Shown: positions 50,665-64,000 of the stretch, piece by piece
Numbering within the stretch: position 1 is the first letter of the stretch
Layout: each line of letters opens with the position of its first letter
Assembly: GCF_006345805.1 (NCBI RefSeq)
Contig: NW_021833259.1
Span: 1 to 64,000, forward strand
DNA: 64,000 bases
Source: Octopus sinensis
Lineage: Eukaryota
Reading direction: 5' to 3'
The notes under the pieces: model-generated
Database searches by the model: none
Told to the model about the DNA's origin: nothing
What the model saw: the letters and a program-made list of their open reading frames with translations, nothing else
Program-made: the position numbers and the translations under genes

Positions 50665-52125
50665 TCTGGTGACAGTTGTCGGTCGTACGTGATACTTCGT
50701 GTGGCTTCAACAAAAGATCGAGATGCGAGGTTTAAGCTGAAGACCTGTAACTGAATTCCACGTATTTATTGAGCGCACAACAACCCAGCTCTGGCATAGA
50801 TCTTATCGTAAATTTATGAACCAATGCGATTGGTGGAACTGTAAAAGTGGGCGTGAACTTGTCTGACAGGTTTAATTATTGGAAAGAGATGGTTTGATAT
50901 TGTCACACAATGATTAGCAAAATATTTTGATGAATGAGAGACACGTGTAAAGTAAAATGATTCCTGTTTCTGGATATATTAAGATATATTTATTTATTAA
51001 TGTTGTTATATAATTTTATTTGTTATTCTTGGGAAACTGTTTTAATATTCAGTGTGTGAAGTATTTCGTTCAACAGACGAATACACAGACACAAAGGCAC
51101 ACACACACACTTACACACTGACACCCCCCCACACACACACTCACACACACACACACACACACTAACACACAGAAACACATACACTCACCCACACACACAC
51201 TCACACACTCACGCACACACTGATACACACACACATACATTGTCATACACACACACACTCACACATACACACTCTCACACACACACATACAAACACAAAC
51301 ACACACACACACTAACACACACACACTGATACACACACACGCACACACTGACAAACACACACACATTCACGCACACACACACACACACTGACACACACAC
51401 ATGCACACACACGCACACACTGACACTCACACACACACCGACATACGCATATACACTGACACACACACTGACACACACACTCTCACACATACACACACAC
51501 ACACACTCACACACGGTTTTAATATTCAGAGTGGGAAGTATTTCGTTCAAACCACACAGTAATCGCAAGACTTAATCTAATGAAGTCCGCTGTTCGGATT
51601 GGATTCTTCACAACAAGCGTTAATCGGATTAGAAAAGTTTTATGTGAATATCAAAATCAAAACCTACCAATTCCCACCCACCCATACATACATATATACA
51701 TACATACACACACACATACATACATACATACATGCACACATACATACATACATACATGCATACATGCATACATACATACAATCTCACATACATGCATACA
51801 TACACACTTACATACACACATATTAATATATAATACATACACCCATGCATACATACACACATATATACATACACACACACACATATATATTCATACATAC
51901 ATACACACATACATACATACAAATATACATACATACACACCACATACATACATACATACATACTTTCATACATACATACATGCGTGCATATATGTATACA
52001 TACATTTATGTATGTATATACGTATGCATGCATGTATGTATGAATGTAATCATGTATATATCGATAGACACATATACACATACCCACATACATACAACCA
52101 TCCATCCATACATACATACATACAT

Positions 52126-52677
52126 ACTTGGTGGCTGCCCCCTCGTTATCGAGTACGGCCATTGCTCGGTGCTTAATCAATGCTGTTAACTTGCAATGCC
52201 TGTGCATGAAAATTTTTTTTAAAGCGAGGAAAGGCTGTGCACTGAGTCATTCCCAGTCACTAAGCAACAGCAGCTATAATCCGAAAAGAAAAACAAGTCA
52301 ACATCATCTGTAACCACTGAGCCGCAGGTTTTATATCGGAGTTGTCCCAGTTACCTGAGTTACCTTCTCCTAGAAGGATGCCCTTACAAAGTGTAGGAGT
52401 CCTTCACTCCCAATGGTTTAACCGCGCGATCGGATATTCAGTCCGATTATGTCCCCGCGCATGATACAGCCTTAAGACAGTTTTTGGATGGCTGTTGACC
52501 CTCAAGAGTTCCTCCGGTCTTTGACGGTTTTGTTTTTCATCCCGCAGGGTGTGCAATAAGCACCCTCCTCACCAAGCAAGCTTCGTGGGGTTGCCGGTTT
52601 AGTCGCCGACGGCCCGACAATGCAACAGGTTGTACTGGGTTACATGTTACCAGTAGCACTCGAAAGTGACCTGACAT
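52126..52677 (-). mobile_element. Duplicate of the 38262-38818 repeat
   Basis: High similarity to 38262-38818. Confidence 0.4.
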
Positions 52678-53359
52678 ACATACATGTATACATACATACA
52701 AACATACATACATACAAACATACATACATACATACATACATACATACAAACATACATACATGCATACATACATACATACATGCATACATACATACATGCA
52801 TACATTCATGCATGCATACATGCATACATACATGCATACATACATACATACATACATGCATACATACATACATACATACTTACTTACATATATACATACA
52901 TACATACTTGCATACATACATGCATACATGCATACATGCATACATACATACATGCATACATACATACATACATACATACATACATACATACATGCATACA
53001 TGCATACATACATACATGCATACAAAAATATCCTGTTCATGTTGTTGAAATTCCAATGAAAGATACTTGGAACTAAGTTAGAATCCGTCTCTCTTTCTGT
53101 TGGCCAGAAATATTCTATTAAAACCGAATAATGACATTCATACATATTTTTAGCTAGTCATTATCACTAGCTTTGAATATTTATCTTCTTGTTTTATAAA
53201 TCATAGCAAAACATACAGGTACAGTGTCTCCCATGTGAAACTCAATTCGCAAGTGCACCTTCCGTATGGACTGCATTTGTACGACGGAATTCCATAGTTA
53301 TGATAAAATTTTCTTTGATGAAGCATATTAGACCCCTCAGATATAGTTTGACCTAATTT

Positions 53360-53402
<43 letters not shown>

Positions 53403-54921
53403 ATGTGTGCGTGTGTTTGTGTGTGTGTGTGTGTTTGTGTGTGTGTGTCTGTGTGTGTGTGTGTGTAACACTCTCTGTTTGGCCCTCGAAATAAGGTTAA
53501 TTTCAACAAAGTCCCATAATTTTCCTATTGTAATGGCGGGTTACATATGCAGCTGCGCATGCTCTGTACAGCTTAAACACATGGCGGTCGTTTTAACTGT
53601 CTAATTATGCCGCTGAATCAAAAGATGAATTTGAAGATCTTCCAGCGTCCGTATTCTCTGCAATTGTTTACGATTTACAACCATGAAAATATTTGTATTC
53701 TAGAGAAACGAATGCAGATTTACCCATCAGACTAATAATAGTGGGATAGTAAACATTAATAATCTTTAATCTTTATTGCACTTGATGCTGTTAACCGAAA
53801 CCTTCGTTTCTCTAACAAATATTCGACACACTCCAACATACTGTCATGAATCCTATTGGATATAACGTGACGGTCACAACATCTCAGCCTTCTTACACAC
53901 AGCATCCGTGCTTGCCCTGACTATATTTGCTCTCTTTACTCTCACTTTTATGGGTGTTGTATTCGTTTTGCATGAAATGTATTCAGCTTCTAGGATCCAT
54001 CATTTCTTCGGTTCTGGTATGTTTACGTAGATGAGTGAAAGAAATCGTCGTATTTGATGATCTCTGTCGCTGAAATGAGGCAATTTCTCTGGTTGATTTC
54101 ATTTCTTATTCTTGTATATCAGCGTTTAGTGAATGACGCGTATGTTGTGTGCATCGAGTTTCGTTTTGTATCTTATCTTGAAGAGAGGTGGGAAATTTGT
54201 TATATAGATTTAGGTTGGCAGGACCAATACTCATTTATACTGTCTTTTGAGGGATTGATCGTGTAAATTCCACAGTCTCAGAAAGCTTAAATTGAACATT
54301 TTGTGATATTTCTAAAGTTGACGATAAATAGGTTTTATAAGATATGGGGTAGGAATGGATCGGAAAGCTTTCCTGATTAATAACGGAAAATAGAATGGAT
54401 TGTGTGGAAGTATCTGGTTGTTGTTGACAGAATCAGTTAAGTTCTGTGCTAAGTAATGTAGCGGTTCATGGCTCCTTGTCAGAATCTGAGTTGTAATTTG
54501 AAAACCAAGATGTCTGAGATAGTAGCGTCGAGTATTAGATTTTCTAAGGCTGTGCATGAAAAGCTGATATAATTCTATGGTGGTACTTTATTTGGGGTTT
54601 GTTGAATCATGAGACAGAAGACAAAATACTGTTAAACAAAATAACATTTTATTTCAACGATAAGTTTGATAAACTGAAATCTTACAAAATGTTTTCTAGA
54701 ATCATTCCGACAGATTTAGAATTTTCTTGTTTTTGATGATATTCCTGGCATTCTAGATCGCCTCTTTTGTATTGTTTGAATATCTTCTGTAAACTAGTAC
54801 AACAGTTTATTGTAACGATATACATAGTTTGAAGAAAATATTAGGTAACACTATTGAAATTTTATGTTATTTATTGAAATTCACAGACATATTTTCATAT
54901 GGAAACGAATTTAATTTCTAT

Positions 54922-55420
54922 TCAATATTTACTGCACACAACGCAGGTTAATTCTTGACCATTGACATACGGTGGACATGGCAATGAACCACAAGCAGCC
55001 TGAACGAAATATAAAACAGCTCCATTTTCGTCTCTGTAACCTGCTGGATCAGCTTCTGGTGCATAGTCCACACACACATATTCTAGTCTGCCTTTTTCTT
55101 CGTGATTACTGGACATCAAATATCCTGAATACTCAGCTGTCCAACCAGCGTAACACTCATTCCTGGCTGGTAACATCATAACAACAGCAGGTTGTCGTGT
55201 CAAACAGACAGCGCACGGAACGTTGTGATCATGAAGTGATTTAGCGTTAGCAAAAGAAAAAATAGTATTGGTGTCGTATGACTGTAGTTGATATTCACTG
55301 CCATAAATCCAACCCGCATTTTCCCCTTTTGCAGTATAATTGGCCCAATGGGGTCGTTGGGTAGGCATAAGAGATTATTTCCGCCACCTGTCTTGTCAAA
55401 ATTTTGTCCACCAGCCACAC
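54922..55420 (-). pseudogene. Terminal exon of the next array copy, with a 1-bp frameshift
   Basis: Acceptor ttctag|GT; ggcccaatgggg versus ggcccaaatgggg in the 41-kb copy; the two halves appear as ORFs 55200..55418 and 54922..55368. Confidence 0.85.
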
Positions 55421-57063
55421 CTAGAATTGGTAAGAATAAATCAAGTAAAAAAGATATTAGGCAAAATTATATATGAAATAACGGAAACATTCATTACAGT
55501 TTCACCCTTAAAAGGAGTCATGTTTAGTCACGTGTGAACGAATTGTGGTGTATATATGTTAGTGCTTATGTGAGTGTAAGCTGTGTGTTGCTGAGTGAGA
55601 GTGCGCATGTGTTCGCAGCTGTGCTTTTCTCTTGTCTTTATATATATTTTTGTGTGTGTGTGTGTGTGTGTGTGTATGGACGGTTAAGTAATCGTGGTTG
55701 TGATGTGTATTGCATGGGGTAGATGTTCGTGTGTGGATGTCAATAAACGGAGAAAGGAAAGGGATTTTGTAACGCATGTGGTCGTGATTTCCCGAAATGG
55801 AAAAGTTGTCGTTCCCGTTTGAACGGGAAAATTGTTGGTGATGGGAATTGCATGTGGTTTGAGTAGAACAATACGAGAGACGGCGAGATGCAGAGAACTG
55901 GTGGGTAAGAGGGGATGAAATACTGTTTAGCCGACCATACGGGTGTGGCTGGCTATATCCATCGGTTTGTCTGGGACGAGTCAGCCCTACCACGAGACGG
56001 GCCTACCACATACTATAATATTATGATCACACAGATTTTATTTCATGCAAAGCATGAACTGAGGTTGGGTGAATTTTGAAGCTCATTGATGGCGTAGTGC
56101 TTAAGAAGAATGGACAGCGGAGAGGCGACCAATAAAGGATATGTGTAGGGCTTATAGAGTGCAGATTCACAAAGGATATGAGGTGGTTGGAGAAGATGTG
56201 GGAAGAAGTAGCTTTGAATTGGATGTGCCGGTGTTACCTTACAAAGATACACTGGAGAATTAATGAGGCGAGGTGTTGCATGAAAAGAGATAGGTTTGAG
56301 GGATAGGACGATTTTGGTGAGGTGGAGAAGAATAGTAGTGCAATATGTACTCACTTGTGTTCTCTCAGTGGTACTTCATCCTCCACATTTTGCATAATAC
56401 ATACGACCCTAAGTTAGCTTTATCCATTAATTACAGTGTGTGGCCTGTCCAGTCCACATTGTACATTCTGCGTTCATTTCATAACCACAAACATTCATTC
56501 ATCAATGCTAAGAGACCTTGTTCAATGTAGTCTATAACTACAATCAATAGACACTCTAGTTAATGATAGTCAAGTGGCCACATTTAAGCTCTGGTCACTC
56601 ACGTACAATACCACCAGCCGTAGCCAGTACACTTGATCACCAGTTAGCAGACTCGGTATTTGATATCTACACTCCATACAATTCAGCCAAGTGTCCTTGA
56701 TCGCTATACTGGATTCCAGTGTAGTCCCTATCTATAATTTGACGTAGAGATATCTATATTCTGAGGTTAGACAACATCCTTTTCACCTGGTCCATATTAA
56801 ACCACATTTGAATTCTGATTTGACCAAATACCTACAAAGGAGTAAGCAATCTTGTGCAGTCTCTGTAGGGTCTATAGGTATCGTTACAAACGTGATATAT
56901 CACATGATTTGCTTGAGTGTGCGTGCGTGCGTGTGCGTGCGTGCGTGTGCGTGTGAGAAGCGGGAAGAGAGGGGGCGACACAAAGAGAAAATGAGAGGAA
57001 TAAAAAGAGAAGAAGAGAAAGACAAAATGAGAAAGAGTGAACAGAAGTATAGTTTATACTAAC

Positions 57064-57138
57064 CGTCATATACAAGGTTTGAATAAGGAGGACAACTTGT
57101 TCTGCCCCACCGGGTATACAATGATCCGGGACCGGGTT
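57064..57138 (-). CDS. 75-nt exon, paralog of 43249-43323
   Basis: PGPGSLYTRWGRTSCPPYSNLVYD G|gttagt; acceptor ttcacag. Confidence 0.88.
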
Positions 57139-57466
57139 CTGTGAAATTAAAATGAAATAATTTAGTTTAAAATAAAGAATTCTTGAATCCTATACAAAGG
57201 AAGTTGTTGGCTTGGAAGGAATTGATAGAGAGGAGAGAAATTTAGAATTTAAGAGAAAAAGAATGAGTGAATGAATAAAAATCAGAATGAAAGAAGTAAA
57301 TGATTCGCTAAGAATAAATTTTAAACGAACAAAATTAGTCGTTTGTCTATTGAGCCTGTTGTTGACGTTGATGTCAACGAATTGAGAGATTAATCTCAGA
57401 ATATCAGAATGTGTATTGGCTCCCTTATGAACGGATGTTTGTTTTGTAGTTGAACTTGGATGTGAG

Positions 57467-57497
<31 letters not shown>

Positions 57498-57502
57498 TTA
57501 CA

Positions 57503-57909
57503 CTTTTTTCTTTTACTCTTTTATTTGTTTCAGTCATTTGACTGCGGCCATGCTGGAGCACCGCCTTAGTCGAGCAAATCGACCCCGGGACTTATTCTTT
57601 GTAAGCCCAGTACTTATTCTATCGGTCTCTTTTGCCGAACCGCTAAGTGACGGGGACGTAAACACACCATCATCGGTTGTCAAGCAATGCTAGGGGGACA
57701 AACACAGACACACAAACATACACACATACATATACATATATATACATATATACGACAGGCTTCTTTCAGTTTCCGTCTACCAAATCCACTCACAAGGCAT
57801 TGGTCGGCCCGGGGCTATAGTAAAAACACTTGCCCAAGGTGCCACGCAGTGGGACTGAACCCGGAACCATGTGGTTGGTTAGCAAGCTACTTACCACACA
57901 GCCACTCCT
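57503..57909 (-). mobile_element. SINE family 1 (full length)
   Basis: Paralog of 43678-44096. Confidence 0.88.
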
Positions 57910-57914
57910 GCGCC

Positions 57915-57965
<51 letters not shown>

Positions 57966-57978
57966 AATAAATATATAT

Positions 57979-58034
<56 letters not shown>

Positions 58035-58089
58035 TATATACATTTATATATATTTGTGACAATAAAAATGATGAAGTTCTTTTATAGAT

Positions 58090-60240
58090 ATGTTGGCAAT
58101 ATTATGAATTCTTGGCACCTGATTGGCCATTTACGAATATCAGCTTGGTGTTTGGCGCGAAGAGAGTCCGCTTCCTTCCAGAAGACTAGTATGGCCACCC
58201 CAATTATGTGTGTGGGGCGATTCCACCCAATCAATACTTCTTGCGGTTATCAGCGCCAAAGTGTGCACGGAAGTCTCCTTGTAAGACAAATGACTTTACC
58301 CCAAATATATCCAAAGCTGCAATGACTTTGTTAAGGAAGCATTTGTATTTGCCCTCGCTATTGGGTGCATTTACTTCCAGCAGCTACACCACTCCTTCAT
58401 TCTGCTTGAGCTTCAGGAGGTATCCCTTAATACGCAGTGGGATTCACTTCATAATCCAATCCGAAAGCCAGGGATTGTGAGCATCCCACTTCCGCCTGTG
58501 CTGACATAGTTGGCACAAAACCTGCACGGTAGAGTTTCCAACCTACTTCCAAGTGTACGCCTCCGAAATAATGAAGATTTCTTGAGGAGACACCGATTAT
58601 ATATAACAGGCAGCGTTTTGTATCGTCCGGTTTTGACAGTCTAATTCTCAATTATGAACGGTTGATCCCTTCTGGACCTGCTACGTGGTTTGGAAGACGC
58701 ATATTTTGTATTCCATCCCAATGCATCTCAGATTGAGTTTGGTGGAGACTGCAATATATTTTCCGAATCGTCTCCTCCACTCAAGATCCGGACGCAACTG
58801 CTTTTATCCCACTCGATGGATGATGCGGTATGGCTATTCCTTCGAGCCCTTAGCGTACTGTACGTATATGCAGCAAAATGCGAATTCAAATACAAATCCT
58901 TCCTAAACAAATTCACCTCAGCTTTAGATATATTTGTGGTAAAGTCATTTGTCCTGCAAGGAGACTTCAGTGCACACCTTGGCACTGGTAACCGCGAGAA
59001 GGATTGATTGGAAGGAATGTCGTCAGTGAACTTAATGGAGAGGTCATAGTAGACTTCTGTGCAGGACACACACTCTCCTCTCTATGGTATAGATATTATT
59101 TGAAGACAGGGATATTTATAAGGGTGTCTGGTATAGAAATACTTGGTGACAGAGGTTTCTGATAGATTTCGGTCATCTTTCACTCTTTGCTGAACGTTCG
59201 GGTAAAAGGAGGGGTGAAGTTGTCAACTCGTCACTACCTAAATGTCTAAAAACCTGAAAATTCCTACAGTCTGCCGAACACTGGAAATTGGTAAGTCTAG
59301 TGCGACCTACAGAATACAATCGGAAGCCGCAGTGGATGCTGGGATCAGAAACGAAAATGTGGAGACTTTTGCATCCAAATTGAGAGTGACCCGCCTGTTT
59401 GAAGTTGGACCTCGAAATGGGTTCGTGATTGTATTATTTTTCGGCAGGTTCTTCTTCGGTTGAACGCTTATTTGAGCTAAATTCACTTAAAAGTGGTAAA
59501 ACTGCTGGTGAAATGTACGTCCGGCTTGATATTTTAGAAACCTTAAATACAGATGTTATTCTCTGAGTGACCCATGTCAGCTAGGTGGATTGGACCTCTG
59601 GAAAAATCACCAAGGCAATGGTAATATGGGGAGATAATCACAATTTATTTCAAACAGAGACCAAAGAGTGTGTTCTAATTATCAAAAAGTCTACACTAGA
59701 TGTAAGGAAATGATACGTAGGGAAATTGTCGTGCCCAAGATTACTGTCCTGGACGCAGTACACCCGACCAGAGATTCGTTCAAAACAGATCTGTAAACCA
59801 CGAAAAAGCACACGTTCACGTACCCTGGGGCATGTTGCGTATGGTTTACCAGAAAGGTGAGTTCAATGGGAAAATACTGGTTGCCATAAAGTACTTATAT
59901 GGATGTTCAAATGTTTGTATTTATGTAAAAGTCGAAAGTTTTCAACGTGAAGGTTTCACTTAGTTGAAGTGTGCATTGTTAGTGCCCCTTCTCACATTCT
60001 TTTTTGTGACCTGGTTGAATATGCGCAGCCATTGAGGTAGAGGTATCCCAATTCATCTCTACGTGATCGGTCGACTTTTATTTGTAGACGACATGCTGCT
60101 ACCTGATTCGTCTGATGGTCACCAACAACGTGCACTGAATTGGTTGGCTGCCGAGTACCCAAAGGCAGAATTGTCAAATACGCACTGTGTAGGGAAGTGG
60201 AACATCATTATTTCGGGTCTCTATTCACGAACGATTGGAA
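58090..60240 (+). mobile_element. Decayed RTE LINE remnant (paralog of 44290-46500)
   Basis: QGDFSAHLGTG; RLLFVDDMLL..QQRALNWLAAEY. Confidence 0.75.
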
Positions 60241-60349
60241 GCACAAGAGTGGACAGAATGCTGAATTGTAGATATAAACGCAGTGAAGCGCCAGCTCGGG
60301 CATTTGATTCTCAGATGAAGAGGGCTTGGTAGAATTCTCGACGTATCGT

Positions 60350-61331
60350 TTCATATATACTCATATACACACAAGAAATGGCATAGTATATTAAAGTAAC
60401 ATTATATTTAAGAAATTATTGCAAAGTAGAATATATTTTGAAATAAATTCAGGCAAGTGTCTTAGTATATGCTATGGTGGACATATGGATAGTATTGTGG
60501 CACTAATTCAAAGTTGGTGAAATTATAAATCATTAGTTAATGAGTCACGGGTAAAAGACTTCAGCAATAAAATTAGTTCTTACTTGGTGTGTCATCAGGT
60601 TTATCGTCGAGAGATTTCTTGGAGATGAAACGGTTCTGTGAAAAAATAGAAATAGCATCATATATATAGAATTTCAGAGTATTTATTATCGTTTAGAACT
60701 TAAAACAATGCAATAGATGACAACATATTCGGACAGGTATCATTGACAACACTACCATCTCAACCCCTTAGGAATCTTCTAGAAGGCGCTTCAATCCAGT
60801 CAAACGATTTTCTGAACGATATCAGACAATACAACTTTGCATTTCAAATGACATCTTTTGGTGAATCTAAGAAGATAGATAAACTGGAATTTACGCCGAC
60901 GTCAAAGTTCAAGGGCAAGTCTATCCCCTCAATGGTTCCCTGGTACCCGCGAATGAACAACCACAATTCCTCCGAATTTACTCTATAAGTGATGTAGGAC
61001 AACAAACCTGACATGAGGTGTCAAAATTTCCGATGATGGGTCGGGTTACACACAGCGCACACTGCTGCAAAGGAGAGTATATCCACTGACAGCTTTTCGG
61101 TGCGTTCAAAAATCACACAAACCCCAGCTCCAATTTAGCATGACAGGTTAGGGCCTGAAACACTCCAAACGGACGCATAGCATGTTGCTTAGTCGAATTA
61201 GCCCAGCATTTACTCTACAAATGTTTGTTGTCAATGTTGCACTTTCCCATATCACCTGTTTCAAAATGACTGGATATATATATACCAACTTTGCCATTTT
61301 AATCCCTTGCAATGCCGGGTATGTCTGCTAG
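60350..61331 (+). mobile_element. Non-autonomous Helitron with canonical 3' end
   Basis: FLNDIRQYNFAFQMTSFG; gcaatgccggg..CTAG 61328-61331 then T. Confidence 0.78.
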
Positions 61332-61332
61332 T

Positions 61333-61365
<33 letters not shown>

Positions 61366-61373
61366 CACACACA

Positions 61374-61410
<37 letters not shown>

Positions 61411-61804
61411 TTTATAGACACACACACATGTATATATATAGTTAAATTTAATCCAAATAAGAAAGCAAAGAAACACAACAACGCACGGACGTGGAACAAA
61501 GATAGTATTATTGGACGCTCAGGAAGAAGGAAAGAAGAAGGGATTAACGTTTCGGGTGGAGCTCTTCGTCGGAAACATACGAGAAGGAAAGATCCTGAGA
61601 AGGGAAGACAGAGGAAAAAAGATCGCCAACTGTACACACGCGGCCACATTTTGAATGACCGTAAGGAAATGGGTGAAGAAAAGTTCTTTCAAAGACAGGA
61701 GAGTGGTAGAGGAGGAGGAATGTGTGTGCAAGTGTGGATATGTGCGGACGCGGAGGTCTGCGTGTGCGTGTGTGTATCTCTGTGTATGTGTGCAAAGTTC
61801 ACAC

Positions 61805-61835
<31 letters not shown>

Positions 61836-62719
61836 CGTGTGTGTGTGTATGTGTGTGTGGTTGTGGCTGTTAATCTTTGCGTGGTGTAGGGCTAGTAGTG
61901 TTAAGGTCAATGAAGAAGGAATTGGGCGTGGCTCCATTTGTCTCTACCCCAGGTCAAGTAGTAGGTACTGCTACTTTGAAGTATGTGTGTGTGTGCGGGT
62001 ATGTATATGTATCATGTGTGTGTTTTGTTTGTATTGTGTGTGTGTGTACGTATGTGTGTGTGTCAGTGTGTGTATGCGTAGAGTCTGTGTGTGTGGTGAA
62101 TAACTGTGCTTTAATTAGAGTATGTGTGCGTGTGTGCTTTACGTGCTTATGTGGTATACATGTATGTATAATTGTGTGCGTGTATGTATAATTGTGTGCC
62201 GTGTGTATGGGATGTATGTGTGGGTTCATTTGTTGGGGTGTGTGTGTGTATGTATGTGCGTGCGTTGTTTCTGTTGTGCATGTACGCGTGCGTTTGTATG
62301 TGTGTGTGTAAGCGTATATGGGTGTATATACGTGTATCCGTGGGGTTGTGAGATTTGGGTATGGGAATTAATATGCGTGTGTGCGTGCGTATGTGTGCGC
62401 ATCCTTTTGCGTGCGTGTGTGTGTGGTGTCTGTATGTATATACGTATGGTTATGGGTGTGTATGCGTGTAGGCATAAAATGTGTGTATGTATATGTATCG
62501 CGTATATGTGAATTTGTGCATGCGTGTGCGTGCGTGTGCTTGTGTGCGTGTGTGCGCTTAAGTGCGTGTATGTGCGTGTGTGTCTGTGCCCATTTGTGTA
62601 TAAGTGCGTGCGTATCAGTATGAGTATTGTCTGTTGGAGGTAGATGAGGGCATCTGTGTGGTGTGTGTGTATGCACGTGAGTATTGTGTGTGTTGTGTGG
62701 CGTATGATACGTATATATA

Positions 62720-63005
62720 TCTCCGTGATCACCGTGACCGACCAGGCTATCAGTTGTTGCTATACATCGCTGGTCACAATGCGCTTCGCATTGTTTTAGC
62801 CTTCAAATGACGCCACCCGCGGGCTAGGCGAGCAGGCCAACAGAAGAAAGGAGAAGTTGTAGCGAAAGAGTACAGCAGAGATCAACACAACCCACTCCCT
62901 GAGCCTCGTGGAGCATTAAACACTCACAACGCCCAGTCTGGGAATCGAAACCGCGATCCTACAACCGTGACTCCGCTGCACTAACCACTGGGCCACTGCG
63001 CTTCC
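62720..63005 (-). mobile_element. SINE family 2
   Basis: Matches 34565-34854. Confidence 0.85.
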
Positions 63006-63006
63006 A

Positions 63007-63037
<31 letters not shown>

Positions 63038-63109
63038 CACACAAACACGCACACACACAAACACACCCACAAACACACACACATATACAAACACACAAAC
63101 ACACACACA

Positions 63110-63167
<58 letters not shown>

Positions 63168-63884
63168 CACATCAATGTATACGTATGCACGTATACTTAA
63201 GCATACACACCATAAATATCACAAATAGACGTATCTACTTATACGCATACACACACACAAACGCACACATATATGTGAGTGGACATACACTGTATAGTGT
63301 GGTTGTTCGTGTACAATTGAGCACGTGTGTCTGTGTGCGTGCGTATGTGTGTGTGTTTGTGTTTATTTGTGCGTGTGTTTGTCCGTGTGTCTGTGTGTAT
63401 GTATTTACATTCGTTCTAACATATTGTCATATATAAAAACCAACGTGAATTACAGTCAAACGTTACGAAATTCACCGATCTACATTGGCACTCGCACGTT
63501 TTATTTTAAGTTGGAAAGAAAAGATTTAAAAAAACTCGCCTCACTTCCGTTCCTGATGGAGAGAAATAGATAAATGTGTGTAAATATGTACGTAATCCTA
63601 TGTGTGCGTGTGTGTGTGTGTGTATGTGTCTGTTTCTGTGCGTGTGTGTAAGTGTACATCTAGATATAATACTTAACACTAATATTAATAGGGCTAAACG
63701 TTGCAGCGACAGGGCATGGCCATGCTAGAACCCCACCATTAGATTTTTTTCATTACGCACTTATTTCCCTCTCCAGGATTATGTCTGGTGAAAGAGCGAT
63801 CGGACAGGAGTACAATTACACCCTTCTTTGTGTTTCCTTGGGATGTGTGTATATGTATATATACATACATATATATACATATAC

Positions 63885-63964
<80 letters not shown>

Positions 63965-63965
63965 T

Positions 63966-64000
<35 letters not shown>

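Overview
Eukaryotic, repeat-saturated genomic DNA, most likely a coleoid cephalopod (octopus). This is inferred from the tRNA-derived SINE families, the dense (TA)n/(CA)n/(CATA)n microsatellites and the very divergent GC-rich rRNA. The backbone is a tandem array with a period of about 14 kb. Each unit carries a minus-strand gene for a spongin-short-chain-collagen/collagen-IV-NC1-like domain protein, apparently with a type II membrane anchor. One copy has open reading frames in all three identified exons (50664-50521, 43323-43249, 41632-41133) but needs an unidentified linking exon; the others are frameshifted, decayed or truncated. The left half holds several insertions. (i) A nested retroelement cluster: Tx1-type LINE, HERO-like RLE LINE split by a second Tx1 LINE, a head-to-tail second HERO 5' half, and a Penelope-like element. 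(ii) A 775-bp inverted repeat enclosing a hammerhead ribozyme. (iii) An 18S-less rDNA piece: 28S fragment, 140-bp array, structured ~200-bp repeats, 5.8S, ITS2, 28S 5' end. The most unusual signals are an array of five different-stem hairpins sharing a GAAAGA loop in the HERO-like 5' leader, a permuted hammerhead-like motif just upstream of it, and a copy-specific 18S V4 fragment inserted in one array unit. Family assignments rest on motif recognition, not database searches, and boundaries of decayed elements are approximate.
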